Below are positions 1 through 10,640 of a DNA stretch of 64,000 bases, piece after piece. Every line of letters begins with the position of its first letter. Position 1 is the stretch's first letter. This DNA comes from Tubulanus polymorphus (taxonomy: Eukaryota; Animalia; Nemertea), in contig NC_134027.1 of the NCBI RefSeq assembly GCF_964204645.1, positions 11,564,485-11,628,484 on the forward strand, written 5' to 3'. The position numbers and the translations under genes are program-made. The notes beneath the pieces were generated by a model, which was given only the letters and a program-made list of their open reading frames with translations, did not search any database and was not told the DNA's origin.

Positions 1-407
1 GGACGGCCATCTTGAGTCCGATCGACACAATTTTTCTCATGCCGATGGGCCCTTGGAGGATACAAATATATCTGAAAGATCAAGGTAATTGATAAAAGCG
101 TCTTAAAAATTTCCCTCGAAAACTCAAAAATGTGTAAAAAGTGCTGAATTTAGCGAACAACAATGGCTGCCAGTCGCCCATCTTGAATCTGAGAGGGCCG
201 GTTTTTGGGCTGAAGATGTGTCTAAGGTAGATACATGTATAGACCAAAAATCAAGACATTACCTTGAAGCGTCTTCAAAACTTCCCAAAATAACTGGATT
301 CCGTCTACGGACGGACGAACGGACGGACGGATAGACGAAAGGACGGACGGACGACGGTCGAAAAGTGAACGAAATAGCCCGCTGGGACTAAAGCCCCAAG
401 TGGGCTA
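1..407 (-). mobile_element. Non-autonomous Helentron-associated (HINE/pearl-like) element, 5' part, cut by the window edge
   Basis: (GACG)n microsatellite ~307-356 and terminal hairpin tagcccgctgggactaaagccccaagtgggcta; closely matches 29905-30276 and the reverse complement of 14892-15270. Confidence 0.8.
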
Positions 408-723
408 AAAATTGAAGGCCTCTGATGCGTGCAAGTATGAGCTCGCGTATATTGTTGCATCAATTATATGTATGTTATGTATATATTTATGTCCATTAGA
501 TCTATGTATGTATAGTGCATGTGCATGTGTATGTATGTTTTGTGCATATTGTAATTTCATTCTATGATCCTGTAATTATGTCACAATTTATTTTGCAGAA
601 TAAAAAGTCATTCATTCATTCATAGGTATAAATATAAACATTTAATTTCGACGGTTTACGGCGTCAAAAACATGACGTTGCATCAGTCAAATAAATATCA
701 ATCTCGTTATAATAGTTCTCGAA

Positions 724-3362
724 TTAAGAGCGAGCGCTGATGATCACCTCGTACGGTTTTGCCATACATATTACACCGATATCATCTAATTCTGTCGGTC
801 TACGCTTCAGATAATTTCCGTCTGGGAAACCGAACGTAAATCTCTGCATCAAGCTGACGAAAAACACGAATACTTGATGTTTGGCGGAGTTTTCACCGAT
901 ACAGGCTCGTTTTCCGGCACCAAAAGTCAACCAGGATTTAGGACGAGCGACGATTTTACCGTCATCTTCGTCAATGAATCGCTCTGGTTTGAAATCCTCG
1001 GCGTCGATCCAGACTCTCGAATCGTGGTGACATGCATATATATTTGCCCAAACTTGAGAACCCTTTGGTATTTCATAACCATCTGAAATATTCAAATTAA
1101 AATTGTCGTGGTCAGGTGTGGGACATAGAACTCCTAAAGAGTACTGATTGCTGAGCTTACCGAGTTTAGCATCGACACTGGCTGCCCGAAATATAAGTGG
1201 ACCTACAGGGCAAATTCGCAATGTTTCAAGCATGACCGCCTCACAATAAATCAAATTTGATTTATCATTGATAGTCGGTTGTCGATTACCTATGAAGTTA
1301 AAAATGAATGTAAGATAAATATCAATCATAAATATCTTTAGTTTTCATTTCAGAATCAACGTATATATACAGTGGACTCCGCCTACAGGAAAAGACCCGC
1401 AAAATGTTCAAAAGTTATACTAGACAAATACCGGTATAGATTTTCAGATTTGTTCACATTGACAAACAGTAGGGACAGAAAATCTCATCTACCGGTTTGA
1501 ACGGATGACCGACCAGACCGGTACCGCTCTAGACGGAGTCTACTGTATTTCTCATACCGATTAATTCATCTATTTCTTTGTGAACTCGGTCTTGTACTTC
1601 GGGATGTTTTGCCATGAAGTAAAACAACCAATTCAGTGAATGAGTTGATGTATCCACTCCCGCTAATATCAATAGATAAATGTACATATTATTGTATTAC
1701 GTTTCTTCAAAAACATTTCAACAACTTCATCAAATGCCAACATACGTAGGAATAACAATTTTACCGGTAAATCCATCACTAATAGTTTGAATGAGATGTC
1801 GGTCAGAGAACTTTTCAGCTAGTTCAGCATCTTCCTCGCGTAGTTTTTCTCTTGCGTTAATCAGGAAGTCAATTAGATCTCCGATATTCTCTGCAAGATT
1901 TTGGAAAATTTTCATTTTTACTTCTAGACACATATCAGAAAATTAAAGATTAAGTTTTTGCGAATTATAGAGTTTCAAGTGCATGCAAATTACACGTATC
2001 TTAGTTTCTCAATTCACGAATAGATTAATAAAAAATACCTGCCTGGATCGTACTTGTTTACGTGTTCACGAAATTGTATTTCAAAGAAAGTAAGTATGCG
2101 TTCGTTGAGTTCTATGAATCTTCTAGTATTGCTCGTTTTGAATGGCAAATACTGCACGAAGGGCATAGCGTCCTCTAACAAACCATTACCGAATATCTCA
2201 TCGACTTCCGCCAAATATGTGTACAGATTTTTGAAATCTTTATCATCGAAATCAAACCTTTAGGTCAAAATCTAAATTCAGTCGCATAATCTATCTACAT
2301 TAAACGGAACAGAAATCTTATGAGATATGTTTTACTTACTGCAAATTAAACAGCATATCACAGATTACGTTGTAAATCATGAGATTAAGAATGGGTTTGA
2401 TTTGCACTGGTTTCCCAATAACTTTATCGAATTCAGCGACACCTTTTTCTACCGACGCTTGGATTTTACTATCCAGTCTGGATCCACTCAGGAAATTCCT
2501 ACACAGTAAATAACAATCCTTATTTTTTTGTACATGCGGAGTAATCACGATTACTCCAAGTACATATATAAACATAATGTAGCAATAATATAGGCGGAAA
2601 GATGTTTACCTCAGACCAGTTGTAGTTATCTTACGCTGTATTCTCCAAACCGGATCGTCGGGTCGGCCGGCAAATATATCTCGCCCTCCATCCCCAAATA
2701 ATTCAACTTGAACAAAAAGATAAATATATTCAGAAAATTATCAAACACATCTATATAGCCTTCGACTTAGATATTAACTGATAGAATAAAACAGATGAGA
2801 ATAATTAATTACATGACCAGGACGACGGCCGATAATCGAAGTCAGAACTCTGAACGAGTGCATTTGTTACCAAATCAATATTGTTTAATACGATTACGTT
2901 TTCTGGTCTCCCGATTCCTGTCAAAATAGAATAAACAAACGTTTATGTATATCGTAGTTACTAAACCGCACGTAAGAAATAAGCTAGAAGTTACCTAGTC
3001 TAAAGTTGAATATGTCGCCATACTCCTTTGCCAATTCTATGAAGTGTTTATAAAGTGGTCGACCTTCTTTTTTGAGCTCTGTCATGAAATAAAATATCTA
3101 TATATCGTTAGACATAACGAGAGGGACTGGCTACTTTCATTGCACGTTTTTACACTATTAAAAAGGTACACGAACAAAGCTCTCACGTATCATTCGCAAA
3201 CTGACGAAATTCTCTTCGAATTCTATACATAGACTTACTAAACGTATTTCCGACGAAAGGATAACCTTTAGGTCCCGGTGGAAGATTGTAGCGTTTTCGA
3301 TTCAAAATCAAGTAGACAATCGCGAGAAAACAAGCAATTATTGTCAACGTTATTGCATCCAT
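724..3362 (-). CDS. Cytochrome P450, clan 2 (CYP17/CYP1/CYP2-like), copy A; 10 exons
   Basis: ATG at 3362 (MDAITLTIIACFLAIVYL, PPGPKGYPFVGN); GT-AG exons give AGVDTS (I helix), ETLR (K helix), PERF and FGAGKRACIG (heme); stop at 724; exon pattern matches copy B. Confidence 0.92.
1370..1545. mobile_element. Tc1/mariner-type MITE in a CYP copy A intron
   Basis: TIRs cagtggactccg / cggagtctactg flanked by TA on both sides; absent from the homologous intron of copy B (17423-17501). Confidence 0.8.
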
Positions 3363-3624
3363 ATTGAAGTGTGTACCGGTACTGGTATTTATTTCACTGC
3401 ATACTAATGTACGGTGCAGTACTAGGCGATATCCATGTCATTTTTTAGTAGATCTGACCCAATTCATCGATTATTTACAATATGTGAATGATCTTACGCG
3501 TTTGAAACGATTGATATTTTGAACATTTACATACTTTTATAGAGATTATTTTTAGTTTGAGGTACAGGTTTCGACCGCATATATTTTTCAATAGACGCGA
3601 TACCGGTACTTACGGTACCGTTTA

Positions 3625-4028
3625 GAAATCACCCGTGGTTTCCACGGGCTTTTCAAACATTATGAAATGATCATACCGGTACTTAACACATTTGTTTGCT
3701 ATCTATAGTTCTGTTTCGTGCGGGTTCAAATCTTCATTACTGCGTACAATTCATACATTATGAAATGATCATATCGGCACTTTACATATTTGTTTCTATC
3801 TACAGTTCTATTACATTGGGCCTCCATTGGAAGAAATTAGAAATTTTCAGTATGTGATTAAGGGCCCCAGTATCCTCGGGCAAAGGTCAAGTCGGTCCCG
3901 AGATCCCATACGGTCTCTATGGGCACACCACATAATAGGCCACTCAATTCAATTCGCGTGCAATGAACTTATAAGTGGGAAGTTCTACGTTTAAAAATCA
4001 CCCGTGGTTTCCACGGGCTTTTCACTAG
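3625..4028 (+). mobile_element. Small Helitron/Helentron-like element with a duplicated terminal hairpin
   Basis: aatcacccgtggtttccacgggcttttca occurs at ~3627 and ~3996, the second followed by CTAG-TTT; internal ~55-bp direct repeat at ~3657 and ~3756. Confidence 0.5.
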
Positions 4029-4037
4029 TTTCTAATA

Positions 4038-4085
4038 TAGTACAGTACAGTACAGTACAGTACAGTACAGTACAGTACAGTACAG
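4038..4085. repeat. (AGTAC)n microsatellite
   Basis: about 9 tandem tacag units. Confidence 0.95.
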
Positions 4086-4089
4086 AAAC

Positions 4090-4520
4090 AACAAACAAAG
4101 CAGTTTTAAAGTTATTAAATTGTCATACGACATTTGCATGTTGAATAAATAAGGACAGTTTAAAGATGAGTTTTTTTCTAGTAAAGATAGTTTGCATCGC
4201 ATACACGCTTGGTCTTCGTATATAAAAAAAACTGACAGGTAAACGCTGTCTCAAATCTTTAAAGGCATCGCACTCAAAAATAAAATGAAATTCATCACCG
4301 TAACGATTACTTATCTAAATTTACAAATCGTAACTAGTTGTCGAATCGGTAAAAAAGAAAAGCAATGTTCTTGGCCCCAATCAGATTTAAGCAGTCGGTA
4401 TGATGAGCATTTGATAGAATTATTTATGTCTGCATGCCACTTTTGTAAAAATTGATCCTGCAAACATTGTTTTATCGTCAAGCGAAATTCGAAATTATGA
4501 AAGAAATTATCTCGTATGTC
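4090..4520 (-). mobile_element. Decayed 3' fragment of an RTEX-like LINE
   Basis: minus strand reads KWHADINNSIKCSSYRLLKSDWGQEHC, similar to TWHGSMVLSSKLDTYRIFKTDWGQEKY in ORF 18988-20697. Confidence 0.6.
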
Positions 4521-5175
4521 ACCAAGGGGCTTCCGTAGTAATGTGCTACGGAAACGTATTTGGAACTCGTGTGAATCAGTCTAGAGGAAATATCACGAAG
4601 TAATTATGTCGTCAAAACGCGATATACGTATATCTCAATAGAGATAAACTAATTAGCGCGTATCTATGATGGCGATACAATGATATCACCACGGGTTGTT
4701 AGGTATGATATATATCACTTTTCACTTGTCAGGATGATTTTACCAATTAAAAGCTTTTCCGATTCCGCGTTTGATTTCAAAGTCTCAATCGATGAAACCA
4801 ACTTCCAGCAGATACGAAAATGTTGACAATATTTCTTAACGCGCAGTGAATATCACACACACACAGAATTCTTCTACAGATCATTAGTTTGTTCAAACCA
4901 AAGTATCTCTCATCCTTATTAGTCTTTTCATCTTTGAATAAGGTGGGTCCAATTTTGCAGGTTTCTTGTGCGATGTTCGCTACTGCCATCAGTTTCAAAA
5001 TAAATTCTTTGGCTTTTCAACAAATTAGAATAATGCCAGAGTTTGTAATTTTGCGAGGGTTTCCTCAGTGAGAATTTTATTCCAAATGATTTTGATTGAG
5101 GAAGTAGCGTCCAATTTTCTCTGAAAGTTCGTTTTGGCGTGCCAAAACAAAGAAAATTCCGTCTTGGCGCCCCCG

Positions 5176-5301
5176 CGAGTAGAGCCAGAAATTCTAACAT
5201 GAAGACCGCGGCTGCTGCCATCCTCTGCCTGTTCAGAGCTATCATATTGATGACGTTCAGGATGACACCAATGATCGCTACCGGTCCGATCAGAGCTACA
5301 T
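5176..5301 (-). repeat. 126-bp duplicated fragment of the neighbouring GPCR (TM1-TM2)
   Basis: identical to 6604-6729 except one base (atcata vs attata). Confidence 0.92.
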
Positions 5302-5304
5302 ACA

Positions 5305-5317
5305 TGTGTGTATGTGC

Positions 5318-5348
<31 letters not shown>

Positions 5349-5356
5349 TGCGTGTG
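5305..5356. repeat. (GT)n/(GCGT)n microsatellite
   Basis: direct reading. Confidence 0.9.
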
Positions 5357-5779
5357 CTTGTTGGTGGAGGATTGTATCAGTTTCATTCTGAGTCAACCAG
5401 ATTTTTTTAATACAGTGGGAAAATGAAAACTCATACAAACCGAATTTCGTATTAACCATTTGGTAAAAACAGTTCAATAATAGTAGTGGGAACCCGTTAT
5501 GGACCATCGTACTAAGCGTGTTTATTTACTACAGAAATGAACAGGAGATCGAATATATTTTACATAGTGATACCGGGGGTTCCGAACGTGATCGCACTAA
5601 GCAAATATTCTTATGTAGGAAAGGGCGGGGACTTCCTAAATTCATCGTATTATTAAGGTGTTCGTTGTATGGTGAATCGCACTAACGAGGTTCGACTGTA
5701 TATGCTTTCCGGTTTAAGAATGCTATTTTCATATCGAATATTTAGATGGTCCATTGAAACGCGAAAAAGATTTCTTATT

Positions 5780-6931
5780 TCAACGAGCATCTCTATTAAA
5801 CAGCTGCAATACGACAAGGCGGAATTTAAAGTTTGAAAAGAAATATACGAAAAAGTTCAAAGAGCTGTCCGCAATCACTAGAAATAGGGAAATTCTACGC
5901 AGATAATTAAGCTTGATCTCAATAGCTCTCGGATAGCCGTGTTTCAAAAACAGTTTAGCCAATCTATCAATAGAGGGCGCCGATTCACATATTATAAACA
6001 CGGTTATGATGCCGACAATCATTTTTGTAGCTTGTCTATGACTACTGGTTACTTTTTGATCATTCTGCATCATAGATTCTCTGGATTTCTGACTCTTTGC
6101 TAGTGAAATGATCAGCACGGTGTTGATGATAATAAGCAAAATGAGCGGTAAAGTTACAAAACAAATGATGTATGAAGCATTGTCTATAGCATAGATTGTA
6201 GCTGGGTCCAGTGGGCTGCCATTTCGGGCTTTTAAATGATTTTCTCCAGTGCACCGATTTATACCTGGAACTAAATGATAATTGTGTACGTATAAGTAGT
6301 TTAAAGTCTGTAAAACGACGACGAAAGCCACTAGAGCTGCGACCGATTTAATCGCGTTTTCTTTCGTAGACCAAATTTTAGCTTTCAGCGGCGCCATTAT
6401 AACTATGAGTCGGTCAACAGAAATCAAGACGAGACACCAGTTTCTCGTTTGCAATACCGCGTTGTACAACGGGTCGATATTTTTCGCAAGCGATAAATTA
6501 AAACCCCATCCCGAGTAATAAAACCCGTGTTTACTGACTCCTTTATTACCGTACATGTATCTCAACACGAAATACATGAATCCAGTAATAAGAACACCGA
6601 TATCGAGTAGAGCCAGAAATTCTAACATGAAGACCGCGGCTGCTGCCATCCTCTGCCTGTTCAGAGCTATTATATTGATGACGTTCAGGATGACACCAAT
6701 GATCGCTACCGGTCCGATCAGAGCTACATTTACATAGTATATAAACACGCTTACTTCGTGACGAGAACTACACATAGTTTTCTCATCGTTAGTCAAATTC
6801 ATCTCACCGAATATGTTTTTGAAATCCATGTTGTCATCGGCCGATGAAGTGGGTATCATAGTAAAGTATCGTATTATATAAGCCGAGTGAATGTTATATC
6901 TATATGTGTTTGCAGATGTTTTTAAATTCAT
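5780..6931 (-). CDS. Intronless class A peptide-type GPCR (FMRFamide/sex-peptide-receptor-like expansion)
   Basis: 383-aa ORF with 7 hydrophobic segments, GVILN (TM1), LALLD (TM2), SVDRL (DRY), FIICESAP (TM6), DSSLNFFVY (TM7) and N-glycosylation sites; true start may be a downstream Met (MIPT or MDFK). Confidence 0.88.
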   Translation of the reverse strand: MNLKTSANTYRYNIHSAYIIRYFTMIPTSSADDNMDFKNIFGEMNLTNDEKTMCSSRHEVSVFIYYVNVALIGPVAIIGVILNVINIIALNRQRMAAAAVFMLEFLALLDIGVLITGFMYFVLRYMYGNKGVSKHGFYYSGWGFNLSLAKNIDPLYNAVLQTRNWCLVLISVDRLIVIMAPLKAKIWSTKENAIKSVAALVAFVVVLQTLNYLYVHNYHLVPGINRCTGENHLKARNGSPLDPATIYAIDNASYIICFVTLPLILLIIINTVLIISLAKSQKSRESMMQNDQKVTSSHRQATKMIVGIITVFIICESAPSIDRLAKLFLKHGYPRAIEIKLNYLRRISLFLVIADSSLNFFVYFFSNFKFRLVVLQLFNRDAR

Positions 6932-9319
6932 AATGAGTTGTGATTCAATATCAAATTTCTTATTCTCATCAGCAGTGTTGATACATCCATATTAAATCAG
7001 TGTTCTGCGAATCAACGTTCATCGCTTAGAACCCACCGACGAATTCAATCGAAATCAATGTTTAAGCCTTATATATTTTCGTCAAATCGAACAAGACTTT
7101 TAATTATAAAATTTATTCAATACTATCGAAAGAGATAAGAGCTATACGAATATCATATGGCTTGAACATTTTCTAGGTCCCCACCATCATTTTCTCGTAC
7201 AAGTCTTGAAGTCATCCCCTAGACTGCGAACCGTATTCAAGAGAAACATATCAAAAATAATCCGAAACAAAATTGAAAAGAGTTGAAATAAAATCTATTG
7301 CTAATAAATTTCTCATAATTGGCCTGGTCGCTTTTGTAAAACGGCAATTTGTAATCAGTTCATTTATAGCTGCCGGTGTTGGTAAGCTTGATTTTGATTA
7401 AAAGAAAGATAATGTACAGGATAGGTGTGGCCCGCTGGGTCAACTATTGAGCTTAGCAGACTGAGAAAGTAAACACATTATCAATTCTTTAGCCTTGTCA
7501 GTAAATTTCTATCCGATAAAGTCTTTTATTACGTTAATGATTCTATGCCTCACAAATCGCAAAAGCATTATAATGCGAGATGATATTGAACATAAGGTTA
7601 GAGACTTCTATAGTTGAAGGATGTTTATGCATTCACCAAGAACCTTAATGTCTCGTGTATACCACAGGTGGGTGCGGTACACTAGGATCGTAGAGCGACG
7701 GAGATCACCGAGGACGCAGCCACTTCCAGGACTGGGCGAAATTATACAGTGATGTAAAGTTTTTAGAACGATACCATAATTTTGCACTTGCTCAAATTTC
7801 TCCGGATAACCGCAGAAAATCATAAGATAAAGGCGTTTATTTTACTATGATTAACAGTAATAAAGCTGTCAACTCTTTTTATAAAAGTACACATTTTATC
7901 TCAACAGTAAGGTCACTATTGCCGTTTAGTAAAAAGGAACATCTGTTAGACTGCGTTAATCGGTTAAATTGGCAAGAAAGGTTCGAAACTTGAATGCGCA
8001 AAATTTCTCATGTCTGGAGCTGGAAAACAGTGACCAATAGTGAAGAGAGAATCCCACAATAATAACTGAACATTCCTGACTATTTAGTAGGCCTACATGG
8101 TTTCAGTAACATTTTCGGACTGTTTTTCGATATCATCATTGCGGGATTCTCTCTACATAATCGTCACAACACTGATGTAGCGTTTTATCAATCGTGAGTG
8201 ACCAGGTTTTGTCTAGCCATGGATGTATAAACTAGTCTATCTTAATTCAATTTTAATTTCAATATTATTCTGTTATTCAAAAATTCTTTTGAAGTTTGTG
8301 TAGAATGTTTTTTTTTGTACTGCGTGACTTTGAAAATCTATAAAAACAAGTTGTAATTATTAAGTGATTATCGACGGATTGAAACAAAACTACACCAACT
8401 GATGTAAATCTCTATATGTGCACAAAATTAGATAAAATCATTGATAATGTTTTTTTCGTCAAAGTGTTAACACTTGCATGACATTTAACAAAGAACAGAA
8501 TTATTGATACAGATGGCGTAACCTTTTTTCCATAATACAGTATCTTAATCGATGAATTTATTATTAGGGTTTTCTGTTACTTCACAGAAAACCCTAAGAG
8601 ATTCGCGTGTTTCTTCTATAGAAGGAAAACAGGGATAATAGGGATACGTAAATCGTTGTTTTGCTGTATCGTGTATGATGATAGAATTAGCTAACTTACA
8701 GATGAAAATTATCGTAACGGTTATAAAATGATTTTAGAATTGATAATGGTCAAATGTATATCCAAATAAAAATCAGTTACAATAATCATTAAAGAAAGAA
8801 TGAATTTGTAAGGATATAACTTGGGATGATAGATAAGAAAATAATGTCGCTAATACAGTCGCTAAAGTTTTGGGAAAATAATTTTTTCTAAATATCATCG
8901 CTAGCTTTCTGAAGTTTCTTTTGTTTGTATACGTCCGATAATTCACGGAGAATAGCTGTTCTCTCAATGATGATAACCAAGGAATTAGAAAATCAAAAAC
9001 GCGTCATTCGGTTTCTGACTGGCGATTATCGACTCGAGAACTGGTCGACTATCAGGTTTCTGTCGGCAATTTTAAACTGCAAACACTCACTTCATTTAAG
9101 AAAACGCTCCACGGAACTATATTGACCTATTCTGGAGTAAGACCGGACTTCGAATCTGTTACTTCTGAATCTGTTATCAGTTATATTGAAACAATTTATA
9201 TAAAGTTTATATAACATCAACTTCGAATGAAATAGTGACATCAGTTCAACATTCAAACTTGCTTAATCGTCGGGAGTTTGATTATCCAGACATTCCACCA
9301 TTACTAGACGACACTTCTA

Positions 9320-9964
9320 TCACGCATTTGATCCTCCAGTCCCGGCGTTGATGATTTGTCTGGTCTTCGGCCTATGCCTGATGATATGATGGCGGGACTT
9401 GTCTAGATAATCGAAGTAATTGATCTGCAAATGAGCCGCTAGACGTCGCGCCAATTTACGCATTTTTTCCAAATTCGTAGCGTACAACGTAAGTTCGTAC
9501 GAGTCGATCTTGTACCCTCCGACCACGGCGGTATAGTACATTTTTCCGTTCCCGCTCAGTAGTCCGCGCAATCGGATGTAGATGTCATGATAATTACCCG
9601 TATGAACCAGACGTTGTTTTTTGTAATAGTGGAACATTCGTGAGTTTCCGTCAAGTACAAGAGTTCGTTCTTCGCGGTAATTAAGTACCATTGACATGCC
9701 CAGTATTAGTGCAATAATGAAGATGAAGATGAACTGGTCGACAGGCGCCGACAAATACATATAAAGGCATCCTGCAAGACTGACCGTGACGATGAATAAT
9801 CCTAACCAGAACGTCGTCAATCGAATGCGGCAGAGAAATACGTTGGTAAAGATTTCCTCGAATGGATAAAACGGATTATTCGACAGTCTCTTCTTAAATA
9901 TTTCGTCAGCACTTTGCAAAATGCTTGAAAATTCAAATGTTGTAAATATGCCGACGATTGGCAT
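9320..9964 (-). CDS. TMEM249: TMEM249 / CatSper auxiliary subunit theta homolog, intronless
   Basis: 214-aa ORF with two TM helices; motifs RLSNNPFYPF, IYIRL and LQINYFDY..SRHHIIRH match my recollection of human TMEM249 (RLKNNSFYPF, VYVRL, LNINYFDY..YRHVVRH). Confidence 0.82.
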   Translation of the reverse strand: MPIVGIFTTFEFSSILQSADEIFKKRLSNNPFYPFEEIFTNVFLCRIRLTTFWLGLFIVTVSLAGCLYMYLSAPVDQFIFIFIIALILGMSMVLNYREERTLVLDGNSRMFHYYKKQRLVHTGNYHDIYIRLRGLLSGNGKMYYTAVVGGYKIDSYELTLYATNLEKMRKLARRLAAHLQINYFDYLDKSRHHIIRHRPKTRQIINAGTGGSNA

Positions 9965-10239
9965 TTTCAGATTTCACCAACTAGGCCAATACCAAAATTT
10001 CACTTTTTGTCATTGAACCGCTTTAATTGTTGCTTATGGTTTCAAAAAGGACTCCTCAGAAATCATGGACCAGTGAAAAAAAATCATATTATAAGTCGAC
10101 CCTCTAGTAACAATAGTTACGGAAGCACCCTGTGAACATATCTATTTTTTTAGATTCGAGGTTAATTCCGAGTTTGTAACTCGGAATAAACTAGTTTTCT
10201 CATTTAAAAGCGATTTTTTAGAAAATCCGGTTTGTGCCG

Positions 10240-10640
10240 ATACCCCATTTATTTTACGTCTTCTTTTCATGTAAATTTTCTAGTGTTGAACACTGTTTGG
10301 AGTCATGTCGTTTAGAAAACGAAATCAGAAGAAACAATTTTGTGCGGATGCAGCGGCGCCCAGTGAGATAACCCGAAATACATCCGCTGAATTGAAAATA
10401 TTAAGAATGGTTCTTATTTGTATTGTATTTTTATGTGTGAAATCCCGGCATCTTTAGATAGATTGCTACATTACTTCCATATGATTTATGGAATACGCCG
10501 TGGTTTATCTGGAGATGAACTGATGGTCTTGCGCAAGGTAGGAATTTTATAACTCAGTGTTTTTGACTCATCCATAGATTTCTTTGTTTATTGCGCAACA
10601 AATGAAACATTTAGGAAATAAGCTAAACAGGTCCTACTAA
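10240..10640 (+). pseudogene. GPCR pseudogene fragment (TM5-TM7), paralog of 5780-6931
   Basis: reads IFMCEIPASLDRLLHYF...LRKVGIL*LSVFDSSIDFFVYCATNETFRK*, compared with IICESAPSIDRL...LRRISLFLVIADSSLNFFVYFFSNFKFR; contains stops and frameshifts. Confidence 0.75.

Noticed and set aside
4928-5507. ORFs of 152 and 160 aa with HARTHART repeats and GPCR similarity
   Set aside because: Produced by a microsatellite plus the 126-bp GPCR fragment; no independent gene structure
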